Of a stretch of 64,000 nucleotides of DNA, positions 1-9,806 are shown in pieces. The stretch comes from an uncultured bacterium (GTDB taxonomy: Bacteria > CSSED10-310 > CAZUFC01). The notes below the pieces were generated by a model that did not search any database, was not told the DNA's origin, and saw nothing but the letters and a program-made list of their open reading frames with translations. The stretch covers positions 32,001 to 96,000 of the forward strand of contig CAZUFC010000004.1 in NCBI GenBank assembly GCA_964619725.1, written 5' to 3'. Numbering within the stretch: position 1 is the first letter of the stretch; each line of letters starts with the position of its first letter. A program made the translations under genes and the position numbers.

Positions 1-830
1 ATATCCAGTTCCCTCCATTCCAGAAGAGGGATCATATCAACAATCTCACCGCCCTGATTAATGTAATCGAGCAAATCCGCGACCGTCACTCTGCCCGACA
101 ATGCAGTCAGAGTATATTGTCCCGAGGGCAAATAAAGGTAATAATGGTCCTTGTTGATTTCGACGAATAACTCCCATTGCTGGGGAATAAAAAGATTTGT
201 CGGCACTTCTACTTCTTCGCTGAGGATTTCAATCGTTTCCATAGGACCCAGGAGGGATTCGAATTTAAAGGTCATGAGGAACTCCATATTGAGCGCCCTG
301 AGCACGAAGGCCACATCTACATTGCCGTCTCCGTAGTGAAAACTGCCGTTGTTTACGTCTATCCCTGAGACGTAGTCGCCTATTTCATAAATGAACTGAA
401 ATTGCGTCAGGGGTTTCAACGGTATTACGATATCGTCTGCGTTTACGTCCGCCAATGTGAAAAAAGTATGATTCGAGGCACAGGCGGTTATTGCAACAGG
501 GCCCTGGAGATCAGGATGGGAAAATTCAATTTCGCCTGTTGATGACGTAAATCCCCAGTTATTGGGAAAAGGATTGTTTTCATGAGGACCAACCATAACG
601 AAAGCGCCTTCGAAAGCATCCGTGGTTCCATCATGTACGACTTTTATGTTCAGATATCCGTCTATAGGATTGCCTCCTGTACCGCCAAAAGGATCAGTTA
701 AACTTTTTCCGTCAGCCGGTGATGTAATGTCTCTTGCATGAACGCAATCCATCCTGAAGGTCAGAAAAGAAAAGCAAAGAAAAAAATAGAGCATGAAAAA
801 AAGTGAAAAAGAGTTTTGATTTCTGGTCAT
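1..830 (-). CDS. Secreted hypothetical protein, 3'-truncated at the window edge (not in the ORF track)
   Basis: Manual translation from ATG 830, preceded by GGAGGAGG: MTRNQNSFSLFFMLYFFLCFSFLTFRMDCVHARDITSPADGKSLTDPFGGTGGNPIDGYLNIKVV... The frame stays open to base 1. The hydrophobic N-terminus ends in VHA, like a signal peptide. Confidence 0.85.
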   Translation of the reverse strand, partial: MTRNQNSFSLFFMLYFFLCFSFLTFRMDCVHARDITSPADGKSLTDPFGGTGGNPIDGYLNIKVVHDGTTDAFEGAFVMVGPHENNPFPNNWGFTSSTGEIEFSHPDLQGPVAITACASNHTFFTLADVNADDIVIPLKPLTQFQFIYEIGDYVSGIDVNNGSFHYGDGNVDVAFVLRALNMEFLMTFKFESLLGPMETIEILSEEVEVPTNLFIPQQWELFVEINKDHYYLYLPSGQYTLTALSGRVTVADLLDYINQGGEIVDMIPLLEWRELD

Positions 831-1043
831 GAATTTACCTCCTCCGCTAAAACATAACCCTACTCACCCCAAAGATTTACTTTTACATGAATCACTATGT
901 CACATTTTTTGATTGAAGTCAAATCAGCCGGGAGGACTTTTTACTCAATGAGCAGTTAAAAATGCAGAATCTCGAATATGCGGAAATATTATTACGAAAG
1001 TTTTTCAGCGACAGTCGATTTGTTCCTCGGTCAGATTTTACGT

Positions 1044-2240
1044 TCAGGCTATTTTCTGTTTGATGACCGATGACAAATTTTGTATGCCTTTTTCAATTTC
1101 ATCCATAGCGGGAAAGGAATAATTAAGTCTTAAAGTATTTTTGCCTGAACTGTCGCAGTGAAATGGCCGTCCGATGACGTATGCGACGTTATTTTCAATG
1201 GCCTGTTTGAGAATTTCAAGGCTGTCGCCGCTTTCGGGGAGGGTAAGCCAGAGGAACATGCCGCCGGTAGGTTTGGACCAGGTGACTTCGGGCGGCATGT
1301 ATTTTTCAAGACATTGCAGCATCAATTCGCATTTCGGCTTATAGCATTTCACGGCTTTCTTGATGGTATCCATCATTTTACCTGTTCGAAAGAACTCGGC
1401 GATGATGAATTGATTGAACGGCGGGGAGCAAAGGTCGACGGACTGTTTGAGCATAACTATTTTATCTATTATTTCTGGTTCTGCGCACAACCAGCCCATT
1501 CTCATACCCGGAAACAGGATTTTAGACAGCGTTTTAAGCATAATAATTCCTTTTCCGCCGGCCAGACTCCAGAGACTTGGAAGCGTCCTGCCGTCAAAGG
1601 ACAATTCCCGATAAGGCGAATCTTCGACAATGGGAATTTTATGTTTCCGTGCTGTTTCGATAAGCTGTTTGCGACGCTCAAGACTCATCGTTATGCCGGA
1701 GGGGTTCTGGTAATCAGGGATAGTATAGATGAATCGGGGCTTTTTCCCTTTTTTGATCTGGTCGTCCAGTAAATTTTGCAGCTCATTTATTTTCATTCCT
1801 TCCTCGTCTAAATGAATGCCCAGCATATCAGCGCCGGCCCGGCGAAAGGCCTGTATGCCCCCCAGGTAGGAGGGAATTTCCATTACGATGGGAGAATTTT
1901 CATCTATGAAAAGCAGTGAAAGCAGGTCCAACGCCTGTTGTGAAGAGGAGGTAACGATGACGTTTCCGGGATCGGCTATATCGTCGTGCTGTTTCATGAA
2001 GTCAATAAAAGCGGCTATGCATTCCTGTTCGCCTTCCGTAGGGCCATACTGCAATGCAAGATACCCTTTTTCTTTTAAAATTTTATCCGCTATTGAAATC
2101 ATATCATCAATGGGGAAAAGCGATGCATCAGGCAAACCGCCTCCGAAAGAAATCACGCCGGGTTTACGGGTCCACTTGAGTATTTCCCGAATTTCAGAAC
2201 GAACGATTCGATTGGCTGTTTTCGAAAAATCCGGAGTCAT
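1044..2240 (-). CDS. PLP-dependent aminotransferase class I/II (LysN/2-aminoadipate transaminase-like)
   Basis: Motifs ISFGGGLPD, IPDYQNPSG, IVEDSPY, TLSKILFPGMRMGW and PTGGMFLW. AAGGAGG RBS precedes ATG 2240. Confidence 0.9.
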   Translation of the reverse strand: MTPDFSKTANRIVRSEIREILKWTRKPGVISFGGGLPDASLFPIDDMISIADKILKEKGYLALQYGPTEGEQECIAAFIDFMKQHDDIADPGNVIVTSSSQQALDLLSLLFIDENSPIVMEIPSYLGGIQAFRRAGADMLGIHLDEEGMKINELQNLLDDQIKKGKKPRFIYTIPDYQNPSGITMSLERRKQLIETARKHKIPIVEDSPYRELSFDGRTLPSLWSLAGGKGIIMLKTLSKILFPGMRMGWLCAEPEIIDKIVMLKQSVDLCSPPFNQFIIAEFFRTGKMMDTIKKAVKCYKPKCELMLQCLEKYMPPEVTWSKPTGGMFLWLTLPESGDSLEILKQAIENNVAYVIGRPFHCDSSGKNTLRLNYSFPAMDEIEKGIQNLSSVIKQKIA

Positions 2241-2345
2241 GTCGTCCTCCTTTGTATTCTGGATCATTTTATCACTGTGAATGTTAAGCCGGGGACAAAA
2301 AACTCCATCGCTGGATTACCGTTTTTTGATGCCTCCCGATTATTA

Positions 2346-2374
2346 AGATTAAATAATTGAACGAGAATAGTCAA
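2346..2374 (-). promoter_or_regulatory. Putative sigma70 promoter for the aminotransferase
   Basis: TTGACT-N17-TAATCT on the minus strand. Confidence 0.5.
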
Positions 2375-2402
2375 CCTTTGAAGCCATTCCCAATTCTTTG
2401 CT

Positions 2403-4181
2403 TCATTCGAAGTTTTCTTCGAGTAAAGCAAGATTGTGTGCGGCCGATTCATGAGAGGGATTGATGGATAGGCAGAGCTTATAATGCCGGCGTGCTTTAT
2501 CGAGTTTTCCCAAAACTTCAAGCGCTGTGGCAAGATTATAATGCGCTTGCTGTTTTGTTTCTGGAGGCGGCTCCGCTGCAAGTATTTCCGAAAAGACCTC
2601 TGCTGCTTTAGAATACAGGCCTTCCTGATAATATAGAGTGCCGAGAAGTTGCCGTTCATCGAAAAGATAGCGGTCGCAATCCACGGCATCCTGATATTTC
2701 CTTATTGCTTCGCCGGTTATTCCTTTAAACTGGTAATAACGAGCAAGATTGTAATGCCCCAGGTAACTCGCCGGTTCCATTTCAATGGCTGCTTCATACT
2801 CTCTTTTTGCTTTCTCCCATTCTCCAATCTCTTCATATTCCAAGCCCAGGTTGTTATGAGCCAGGTAAGTATCAGAACATTCAGCCGTATTTTTCCAAAA
2901 CACATAAGGGGTAATCCATACCTGGCTTCGCTGATGAGTCTGCCAGGCAAAAAGTACAATAAGACTGAGAAAAATGATGTCTGGCAAATATCGAGCATAG
3001 CTGATCTTCAGATGACTTCGACTCCTTTGCCTGAGTTTATCGTAAGCTGTTGCAAGCAGCATAACGTAACCTGCAGAAGGCATAAAAAGTCTCTGGTCTG
3101 CCAGGGGTCTTATCTCGAAAAATTTCACATTTGAGATGGGAAAAATCGACAGCGCGAGCCAGCCGATCGAGAAAGCCGTTAACTTGAAATTTTTTTTCAA
3201 TGCAAAAAGGAAGGCCAGGCAACTGAGGAAAAGGAAAATGAGAGTAATGAATGTCCCCGAATCAATCACGAAATATTCCGGAGGTAAAGGATAAAGAGCG
3301 CACAAGCGAAAGGGAAAAATGATCTTGCGGAGGTAAAAAATCAAAGTATTTAAAATCAAGGCGATATGTGCTCCAGGAAGCAGATCGCCTTCCCAGGACG
3401 CGTGATTGAAAACTTTTTGGGAAATTAACTCTGACCACAGAAAGAATAGACCAATAGCGACAATCCAAAAAGGCAGAGACAAAATTAAAGCTTTTTTTCG
3501 GAAGTGTTTTTCCGGAAAAATTAAAGCATAGAGAACGATTAAAGGGGGCAGACTTATAGCTGTGGCTTTGGCTGCAAAAGAGAATATATAGGCGGCGATA
3601 CCGAGCGCCCAAAGGGAGAATCGGCTGATAAAAAAATAAAGGAGAGAATTATGGCTGCATCCTCTTGTTTTTTTCTCATATCCGGGAGCTGAAGATTTTT
3701 TTAGAAGATTTATATAGGTAATAAAGGCGATAAGCATAAAAATGAAACAGATCATATTGCTGCGGTTTTTTATCCATGCAACTGTTTCGACATTCAGGGG
3801 ATAAAGAGCGAACAACAGAACGGCCGGAAAAGCTTTTTTGGCATTCCCCATTATAATCGAAAGAAATTTGAAAAGCAGGATCAGGTTAATAACGAACAAA
3901 ATGTTGTTCGTCAAGTGATATCCGAAAGGGTTCAATTTCCAGATGGAATAATCAAGAGCAAAGCTGAAGTCCAGGACGGGTCTGTAGTCCCAGCGCATGT
4001 ACGAATTTATTTTCAGCCATTCGAACGGCTGCAAATAATGAAAGGCGTTTAACAAATTATCCATATGCTCTGGGACTTTTTTAACGATCATGAAATGATC
4101 ATCCCAAATGAATTGTCCTGACAGAAGGGAATCATAGATCAGAAGAGCTGTCACTGCTATGTAAATCGACTTTCTCAGCAT
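2403..4181 (-). CDS. TMTC-like GT-C membrane glycosyltransferase with C-terminal TPR repeats
   Basis: FIWDDH acidic loop after TM1, YRP, YHLTN, ETVAWIKNRS and ADQRLFMPS motifs; many TM helices; TPR repeats (AHNNLG, GHYNLA, AHYNLA, AHNLA). Confidence 0.85.
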   Translation of the reverse strand: MLRKSIYIAVTALLIYDSLLSGQFIWDDHFMIVKKVPEHMDNLLNAFHYLQPFEWLKINSYMRWDYRPVLDFSFALDYSIWKLNPFGYHLTNNILFVINLILLFKFLSIIMGNAKKAFPAVLLFALYPLNVETVAWIKNRSNMICFIFMLIAFITYINLLKKSSAPGYEKKTRGCSHNSLLYFFISRFSLWALGIAAYIFSFAAKATAISLPPLIVLYALIFPEKHFRKKALILSLPFWIVAIGLFFLWSELISQKVFNHASWEGDLLPGAHIALILNTLIFYLRKIIFPFRLCALYPLPPEYFVIDSGTFITLIFLFLSCLAFLFALKKNFKLTAFSIGWLALSIFPISNVKFFEIRPLADQRLFMPSAGYVMLLATAYDKLRQRSRSHLKISYARYLPDIIFLSLIVLFAWQTHQRSQVWITPYVFWKNTAECSDTYLAHNNLGLEYEEIGEWEKAKREYEAAIEMEPASYLGHYNLARYYQFKGITGEAIRKYQDAVDCDRYLFDERQLLGTLYYQEGLYSKAAEVFSEILAAEPPPETKQQAHYNLATALEVLGKLDKARRHYKLCLSINPSHESAAHNLALLEENFE

Positions 4182-4210
4182 AATCAGTCAACCTTGCATC
4201 ACAGCATGTT

Positions 4211-4239
4211 ATTATGGTTCAAAACGGAACCGAGATCAA
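4211..4239 (-). promoter_or_regulatory. Putative sigma70 promoter for the TMTC-like gene
   Basis: TTGATC-N17-CATAAT on the minus strand. Confidence 0.45.
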
Positions 4240-4250
4240 GCCGGAGCTTT

Positions 4251-4267
4251 TTTCAATAATATTGAAA
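4251..4267. promoter_or_regulatory. Perfect 8-1-8 palindrome between divergent promoters (candidate operator)
   Basis: TTTCAATA-A-TATTGAAA. Confidence 0.4.
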
Positions 4268-4271
4268 TAAT

Positions 4272-4299
4272 TTGACTTGACTACCGATATCTCTAATAT
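4272..4299 (+). promoter_or_regulatory. Putative sigma70 promoter of the radical SAM operon
   Basis: TTGACT-N16-TAATAT. Confidence 0.4.
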
Positions 4300-4425
4300 T
4301 TAGATAGTGAGAGTCCAGACTTGAAAGCAGAAGCTCGGACGATCACAGAATCGTTTGATCCAGAACAGCGCAAACGAGCGCAGGCTGCTCACGGAAATCT
4401 GGAGAGAAAAAAGGATCATTCATAA

Positions 4426-5925
4426 ATGAGATTAGGTTTAGTTTTTAATCCTTTCACGTACAAAATCCATGAAGAAAACTTGAGGATAGTTCAGAAATAT
4501 TTCGGACTGTTTCCTCCTTTAAGTCTTTGTTGGGCTGCGGGAATAGCCGAAAGCGCCGGTCACGAGGTGGAACTGATTGATGCAAGGACCCTGAGACTAA
4601 CCAAGGAAGAAGCTCTGGAAAGATTGAAGGAGTTTAAACCGGACCTGATCGGCATGATGATGACGACTTATATGTTTCGAGAAACTCTGGAGTGGCTGGA
4701 CTATTTTAAGAAGGAACTGAATGTCGAGACCGTAGTCGGAGGATATAATCTTCGCGTTTATCCGAAAGAGTCGGTAACTCCGCCGGAAGTAGATTACGGA
4801 GTGTATTATTCGGCTTTGAAGACTTTACCGGCCTTGATGAGTGAACTGGAGGGAGATCGTCGTTTTTCCGAGGTGCCTGGATTGGTTTATAAAGAAAAAG
4901 AAGACATTAAACTCAATCCTGGGCCGAATCCTCCTGAGAAATTTACGGATTATCCGTTTCCGGCCAGACATTTGTTGCCCAATGAGTTATATGCTGAGTT
5001 CCCGACTGAGAGGAAAAATTTTACAGTGATGGTTACAAGCAAGGGGTGTCCGTATCAATGTCGTTTCTGTGAAGCGGGGAGAACGCCGCATGATCCTCGA
5101 AGACCGGATCAGATACTCGCGGAAATCAAGGAGTGTTACGAGAGGTACGGAATTCGTGAGATCGATATATTCGATTACGAGTTTGCCGTCGATAATGATC
5201 GAGTCAGGGCTATCTGCGAGGGCATCATAAGAGAGGGACTCGATATTATCTGGGCTTGTCGGACCAGAATCGATTCGGTTAATCCTGAGATACTTGAAGT
5301 AATGAAAAAATCCGGTTGCTCAAGAATTTATTATGGAATTGAAAGCGGAGACCAGGCATTTCTTGACCGAATGAGCAAGGGGATAACTGTCGAGGAAATT
5401 AAGAAAACCATACGTAACACCCGGGATGTAGGAATTCGTCCGCTTGGATTCTTTTTGGTCGGTTCTGAAGGCGAAACGATATCTTCCATCAAACGAACCA
5501 TTAAATTCGCGAAATCGTTGAATCTGGATTATGTTCAGTTTTCTAAGACAACAGCCAAACCTCTCACACGGTTATGGACGGAACTGACTGAGCAAACGGG
5601 CTTCGATTATTGGAGAGAGTATATTCTGGGAAACGTCGAAGAACAGGAATTGCCGAGGCCATGGACTGAGCTGACGAATGATCAAATCGATTTTTGGACC
5701 AGGAAAGCATATATCAAATTTCACGCTCGTTTCCGCTTTCTGCTGAGGTCGACGTTTAAAGTAAGGTCCTTTAAGGAATTTCGGAGAAAATTCCTGGCGT
5801 TTGTTGATATGGTCTTTTTTCAGGAAAAAAGATCGAAAAAGGCCAGAAAATTCGTCGCCTATCATGATCATGCAGGGAAACTTTGGTGGTATCGCAAAAT
5901 CTCAAAATGGAGTCTGCCGTTTTAG
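4426..5925 (+). CDS. Cobalamin-binding radical SAM enzyme #1
   Basis: N-terminal B12-binding domain (FPPLSL, KPDLIG, VVGG), SKGCPYQCRFC CxxxCxxC motif, YGIESG. Confidence 0.9.
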   Translation: MRLGLVFNPFTYKIHEENLRIVQKYFGLFPPLSLCWAAGIAESAGHEVELIDARTLRLTKEEALERLKEFKPDLIGMMMTTYMFRETLEWLDYFKKELNVETVVGGYNLRVYPKESVTPPEVDYGVYYSALKTLPALMSELEGDRRFSEVPGLVYKEKEDIKLNPGPNPPEKFTDYPFPARHLLPNELYAEFPTERKNFTVMVTSKGCPYQCRFCEAGRTPHDPRRPDQILAEIKECYERYGIREIDIFDYEFAVDNDRVRAICEGIIREGLDIIWACRTRIDSVNPEILEVMKKSGCSRIYYGIESGDQAFLDRMSKGITVEEIKKTIRNTRDVGIRPLGFFLVGSEGETISSIKRTIKFAKSLNLDYVQFSKTTAKPLTRLWTELTEQTGFDYWREYILGNVEEQELPRPWTELTNDQIDFWTRKAYIKFHARFRFLLRSTFKVRSFKEFRRKFLAFVDMVFFQEKRSKKARKFVAYHDHAGKLWWYRKISKWSLPF

Positions 5926-5959
5926 ACTGCAAATATCTGTCCGGAGCTTGCCGTAAGCG

Positions 5960-7474
5960 ATGAAGGTCTTGTTCGTCCATCAAGGTCGAGAGAATTTAGG
6001 CATTGAGTATCTTTCTTCGTATCTGAAAAATCGGGGAATTGAGACATATCTCGCATACGATCCGGGTTTATTCGGCGTCAATGATAATTTATTTTATATT
6101 CCCCGTCTCGAAAAATTATTTTCTGACGAACGAATTATCTTGGAAAGAATCGAAAAGATCGGTCCCGACTGGATTGCCTTTTCCGTTTATACTAATACTT
6201 ATCAATGGTGTGTGCGGCTGGCGGGAACAATCAGGAAATCCTATCCGGGAATTCCGATAATATTCGGAGGCATTCATCCTACTCTGACGACGGAAAAGGT
6301 CCTGGAACAGGATTCTGTTGATTTCGCAGTCGTCGGCGAGGGAGAAGAGTGTCTCTATGAATTAATTACTGAAAAGAATCAGGAGAATTATCGATTCATA
6401 GAGAATTTAGCTTACAGAAAAAACGGAAAAATCATTATGAATCCGGTCAGGCCCCCTGTTGCCGAGCTTGATGAATTGCCCTTGCCGGATAAAAAACTGT
6501 TTGAGGAGCACTTTCCCATCAAGGAGGATTATCTTATCCTGTCCTCCAGGGGCTGCGTTTTTAACTGTTCTTATTGTTGCGAAAGTTACTGGAACCGGCT
6601 CTATAATCGCCGTTATTTTCGAAGAAGAAACGTTGAATCGATTTTGGATGAGCTTAAGATAATGAAGAAAAGATACGGATTTCGGGAAGTTATGTTCAAT
6701 GATTCGATTTTTTTTACGGACGAAAAGCGATTGGAACGCCTTATGTATGAATACGCTGAAGAAATCGGAGTAAAATTCAGATGTTTTGGCGAGTTTTGTT
6801 TTATGACTCCTCGCATAGCGCAATTATTAAAGCTGGGGGGATGCTACTCCGTCGAATTCGGATTACAGACTTTAAACGAGAAGATCAGGAAAGAAACGCT
6901 GAACAGAACAGACAGGATAGATCAGGTCCGTAAGGCATTAGAATGCCTGGATGCGGTCGGCATAAGATATGACGTCGACTATATCTTTGGCCTGCCCGGA
7001 GAGAGCGAATCGGATCATCGGCGCGCCGCCTTTTTCTTTAATTGTCTGAATTATTTAAACAGGGTGAAGCCTCATAATTTATCGTATTTCCCCTCACTGA
7101 AGATCATTGATATTGCGAAAGAGATGAATATTCTCAGCGACCGGGATATTGAGAGCATAAATCAGGGATTGATCGGTGATTTCTTCCATGAAATGTCCAG
7201 TCAAAACGAGGAGATGCGAAAAACAAACGATAATTATCGCACCTTGTTTAAATTTATTCCTCTGTTAAAAAGGAAACATCTTGATCGGTTGCTCAACTCA
7301 AGCATGATGGAAAAACTGCATGCGACGCCGTCATTTGTCATTTTACTTTTACAGGTTTTGACGGCAATTCGGGGAAGAGATTATCGTTATATCGTGTACC
7401 TTAAAACGTATCCGTTCAGGGTTTTAAGAGCTGTTAAAAATTTATTGAGTTTAAGAAAATATGACGGAAAATAA
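5960..7474 (+). CDS. Cobalamin-binding radical SAM enzyme #2
   Basis: LGIEYLSSYL, IFGGIHPT, VGEGE, SRGCVFNCSYC, IFGLPGE. Confidence 0.9.
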   Translation: MKVLFVHQGRENLGIEYLSSYLKNRGIETYLAYDPGLFGVNDNLFYIPRLEKLFSDERIILERIEKIGPDWIAFSVYTNTYQWCVRLAGTIRKSYPGIPIIFGGIHPTLTTEKVLEQDSVDFAVVGEGEECLYELITEKNQENYRFIENLAYRKNGKIIMNPVRPPVAELDELPLPDKKLFEEHFPIKEDYLILSSRGCVFNCSYCCESYWNRLYNRRYFRRRNVESILDELKIMKKRYGFREVMFNDSIFFTDEKRLERLMYEYAEEIGVKFRCFGEFCFMTPRIAQLLKLGGCYSVEFGLQTLNEKIRKETLNRTDRIDQVRKALECLDAVGIRYDVDYIFGLPGESESDHRRAAFFFNCLNYLNRVKPHNLSYFPSLKIIDIAKEMNILSDRDIESINQGLIGDFFHEMSSQNEEMRKTNDNYRTLFKFIPLLKRKHLDRLLNSSMMEKLHATPSFVILLLQVLTAIRGRDYRYIVYLKTYPFRVLRAVKNLLSLRKYDGK

Positions 7475-8402
7475 GGAAAAAAAAGCGACGAAGGAGTCAA
7501 AAACTCTGCTGAAGTGGGTTATGGGTTGGATACTGACGGTGACTTTCGTCGTCGTTTTGTTTTATAAGATACCTTTCGCCGATACGTGGAAAACCGCCAA
7601 ATCTGCCGATCCGCTTATTTTACTGGCAGCAGCGGCGATTTCACTTTTCGGGAATCTATTCGGAGCGATAGAAAAATTCCGTCGGCTCGTGGAGGCGTTC
7701 GGGGGATCGATGAGATTCCGGGAAACGTTCAAACTGAAAATGGGACTTATACCCTTGGACAGCATAATGCCGATGAAATCGGGAAAGCTATTTCTGGCCT
7801 TATACTTGAAAAAAGAGAAAGGCATGGCTTTATATCTGGGTGGGCTCATTCTGCTGACGAGTGTGGGATTGAGTTATTCAAGTCTTTTTTTGTTGAGTCT
7901 GCCGGGCTGGCTGATATTACATGGAGGATTAATAACCATAACGGGAACCGCTGTTCTGTTTTTTTCTGATTCTTCATTATTCGGGAAACTGGCGACTCAA
8001 ATAGAAAATATAAAAAAGGGGTTCTTTTTTGCAGGATGGAAACTCAGGTTGATCAAGCTGGGAAGCGTTTCCTTATTATTTGAGACATGCAAAGTATTGA
8101 TGAGTTACGCTGTTCTAACTTCCGTAGGCATTGAAATCGGACCGGGAACAGCCCTGACGGTTCTGCCGGTGAGCGTACTCGCCTCTATGCTTCCTCTGAC
8201 GGCATTGGGCATTGGATTGCGTGAGTCATCTCTGCTTTTGCTCCTTGCCGGCCAGGGAAACGAAGCGGAAATTCTCGCAGCCGGATTCCTGATATCTTTT
8301 ATAGATAGAGTATTGCCGTTATTGATCGGAATAATTTTCGTACGGGATGCTGTTCGAACGATCATTCCTCAGAATAAAGCGAACGAGAACCCTGCCCGAT
8401 GA
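7461..8402 (+). CDS. Lysylphosphatidylglycerol-synthase TM domain / flippase-like membrane protein (divergent)
   Basis: Multi-TM protein with the IMPMKSGK and LPLTALGIGLRE patterns of the LPG_synthase_TM (UPF0104) family. Confidence 0.7.
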   Translation: MTENKEKKATKESKTLLKWVMGWILTVTFVVVLFYKIPFADTWKTAKSADPLILLAAAAISLFGNLFGAIEKFRRLVEAFGGSMRFRETFKLKMGLIPLDSIMPMKSGKLFLALYLKKEKGMALYLGGLILLTSVGLSYSSLFLLSLPGWLILHGGLITITGTAVLFFSDSSLFGKLATQIENIKKGFFFAGWKLRLIKLGSVSLLFETCKVLMSYAVLTSVGIEIGPGTALTVLPVSVLASMLPLTALGIGLRESSLLLLLAGQGNEAEILAAGFLISFIDRVLPLLIGIIFVRDAVRTIIPQNKANENPAR

Positions 8403-8453
8403 CTAAAAATTTCAGTTCGGGAAATAATATTAATGCTGTGGGGAGCATTGAAG

Positions 8454-9515
8454 ATGATCGATTATGAAAGCCGAAGCGCTGAAACCGTTAATTTCCTTAA
8501 AACGATTTATTTTGACTATCCAAAATGGGTTCCCTGCCGGGTGGGATTAATGCCGGCGACCTGGATGAAGCGCCGGGAAAAATTGGAAGACCTGGTCTTA
8601 AAACATCCTCGGCTTTTTCCGGAATACATTAAAGGAAGCAGGGATTTTGACTATATTTATAATCCTCTTTACGAATCAGGAACTCATGTAGACTGCTGGG
8701 GAGTAGTCTGGAAAAATATTTCCCGGGGATTGGACAGTATTCCGGTCAGTCATCCTCTGGAAGATTGGTCCGATTTCGATCATTATATTCCTCCTGATCC
8801 CTTGAAGGACGACATGTTCGGACCGCGGGACTGGAACAAAATTGAACAGGAATTAAAAGAAAAGAAGAAAAAGGGAGGGCTGGCCGTTGGTCGGGAGCTT
8901 CCTCACGGATTCATGTTCATGAAGCTTTATTATCTGAGAGGTTTTGAAAATTTAATGCTGGATATGGCGACGGGAGAGCCGCTATTGGACAGTCTTATTT
9001 CAATGGTTGAGGACTACAATTCGGCTGTGATAGAAAAGCTGCTGAATCTCGGCGCGGAATATATGCATTTCGGCGACGACCTCGGTATGCAACGCTCATT
9101 GCCCATCAGTCCGGCCATGTGGAGGCAATACCTCAAACCTGCTTATGATCGCATGTTCAGGCCGTGTAGAGAAGCGCAAGTCCCTATATATTTTCATTCA
9201 GATGGTCATATCCTGGAAATCATCCAGGATTTGATCGACGTCGGCGTAACAATAGTAAATCCTCAAAGCGGAGCAAACGGAATGGATAATCTGGCAAAAA
9301 TCGTCAAAGGTAAAGCGGCTGTTGATCTTGACCTGGACAGACAAATCTTTCCTTTTGCATCGCCTGATAAAATCAGAGAGCATATCCGCCAAGCTTATGA
9401 AAAATTTTACATGCCTGAAGGCGGCTTCATGTTGTATGCAGAATGCGAACCTGATGTTCCGCTTGAAAATATCCAGGCGATATGCGTAGAGTTTGAGGAA
9501 ATTATGTCGGCTTGA
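8454..9515 (+). CDS. Uroporphyrinogen decarboxylase (URO-D)/MtaA-CmuA superfamily protein
   Basis: DCWGVVW, HPLEDW, LRGFENLMLD, FGDDLG, HSDG, ECEPDVPLENI. GGGAG RBS precedes ATG 8454. Confidence 0.85.
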   Translation: MIDYESRSAETVNFLKTIYFDYPKWVPCRVGLMPATWMKRREKLEDLVLKHPRLFPEYIKGSRDFDYIYNPLYESGTHVDCWGVVWKNISRGLDSIPVSHPLEDWSDFDHYIPPDPLKDDMFGPRDWNKIEQELKEKKKKGGLAVGRELPHGFMFMKLYYLRGFENLMLDMATGEPLLDSLISMVEDYNSAVIEKLLNLGAEYMHFGDDLGMQRSLPISPAMWRQYLKPAYDRMFRPCREAQVPIYFHSDGHILEIIQDLIDVGVTIVNPQSGANGMDNLAKIVKGKAAVDLDLDRQIFPFASPDKIREHIRQAYEKFYMPEGGFMLYAECEPDVPLENIQAICVEFEEIMSA

Positions 9516-9806
9516 CGGGCGCAGCGCTTTTATGATCTGAATCAGAATAATTCCTTCTGCGAAACGCTGAGGCTCTCCACAGTCACTTCTTCGATTGGAA
9601 TAATGACCAACCTGCCGCCTGAAACTTCCCGGTTTTATGCTCAGAATTAACGATTGATCCGGATAAACGGGAGACTGCTGAATTACGGACAGAATCAAGA
9701 GAATAAACGACGGTCTTTCGCGGGTTCGGGCCCAGAACCAGGCGCTTTTTTCTTTCAATTGTCTGGTGATTCCTTTAATATTAACGGCTGGAGAATTCCG
9801 ATCGTC

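Noticed and set aside
9590-9620. ACCTGCC resembling the 3' end of a cobalamin riboswitch B12 box
   Set aside because: The rest of the consensus (AGGGAA, GCCACTG, AGYCAGRAGAC) is absent.
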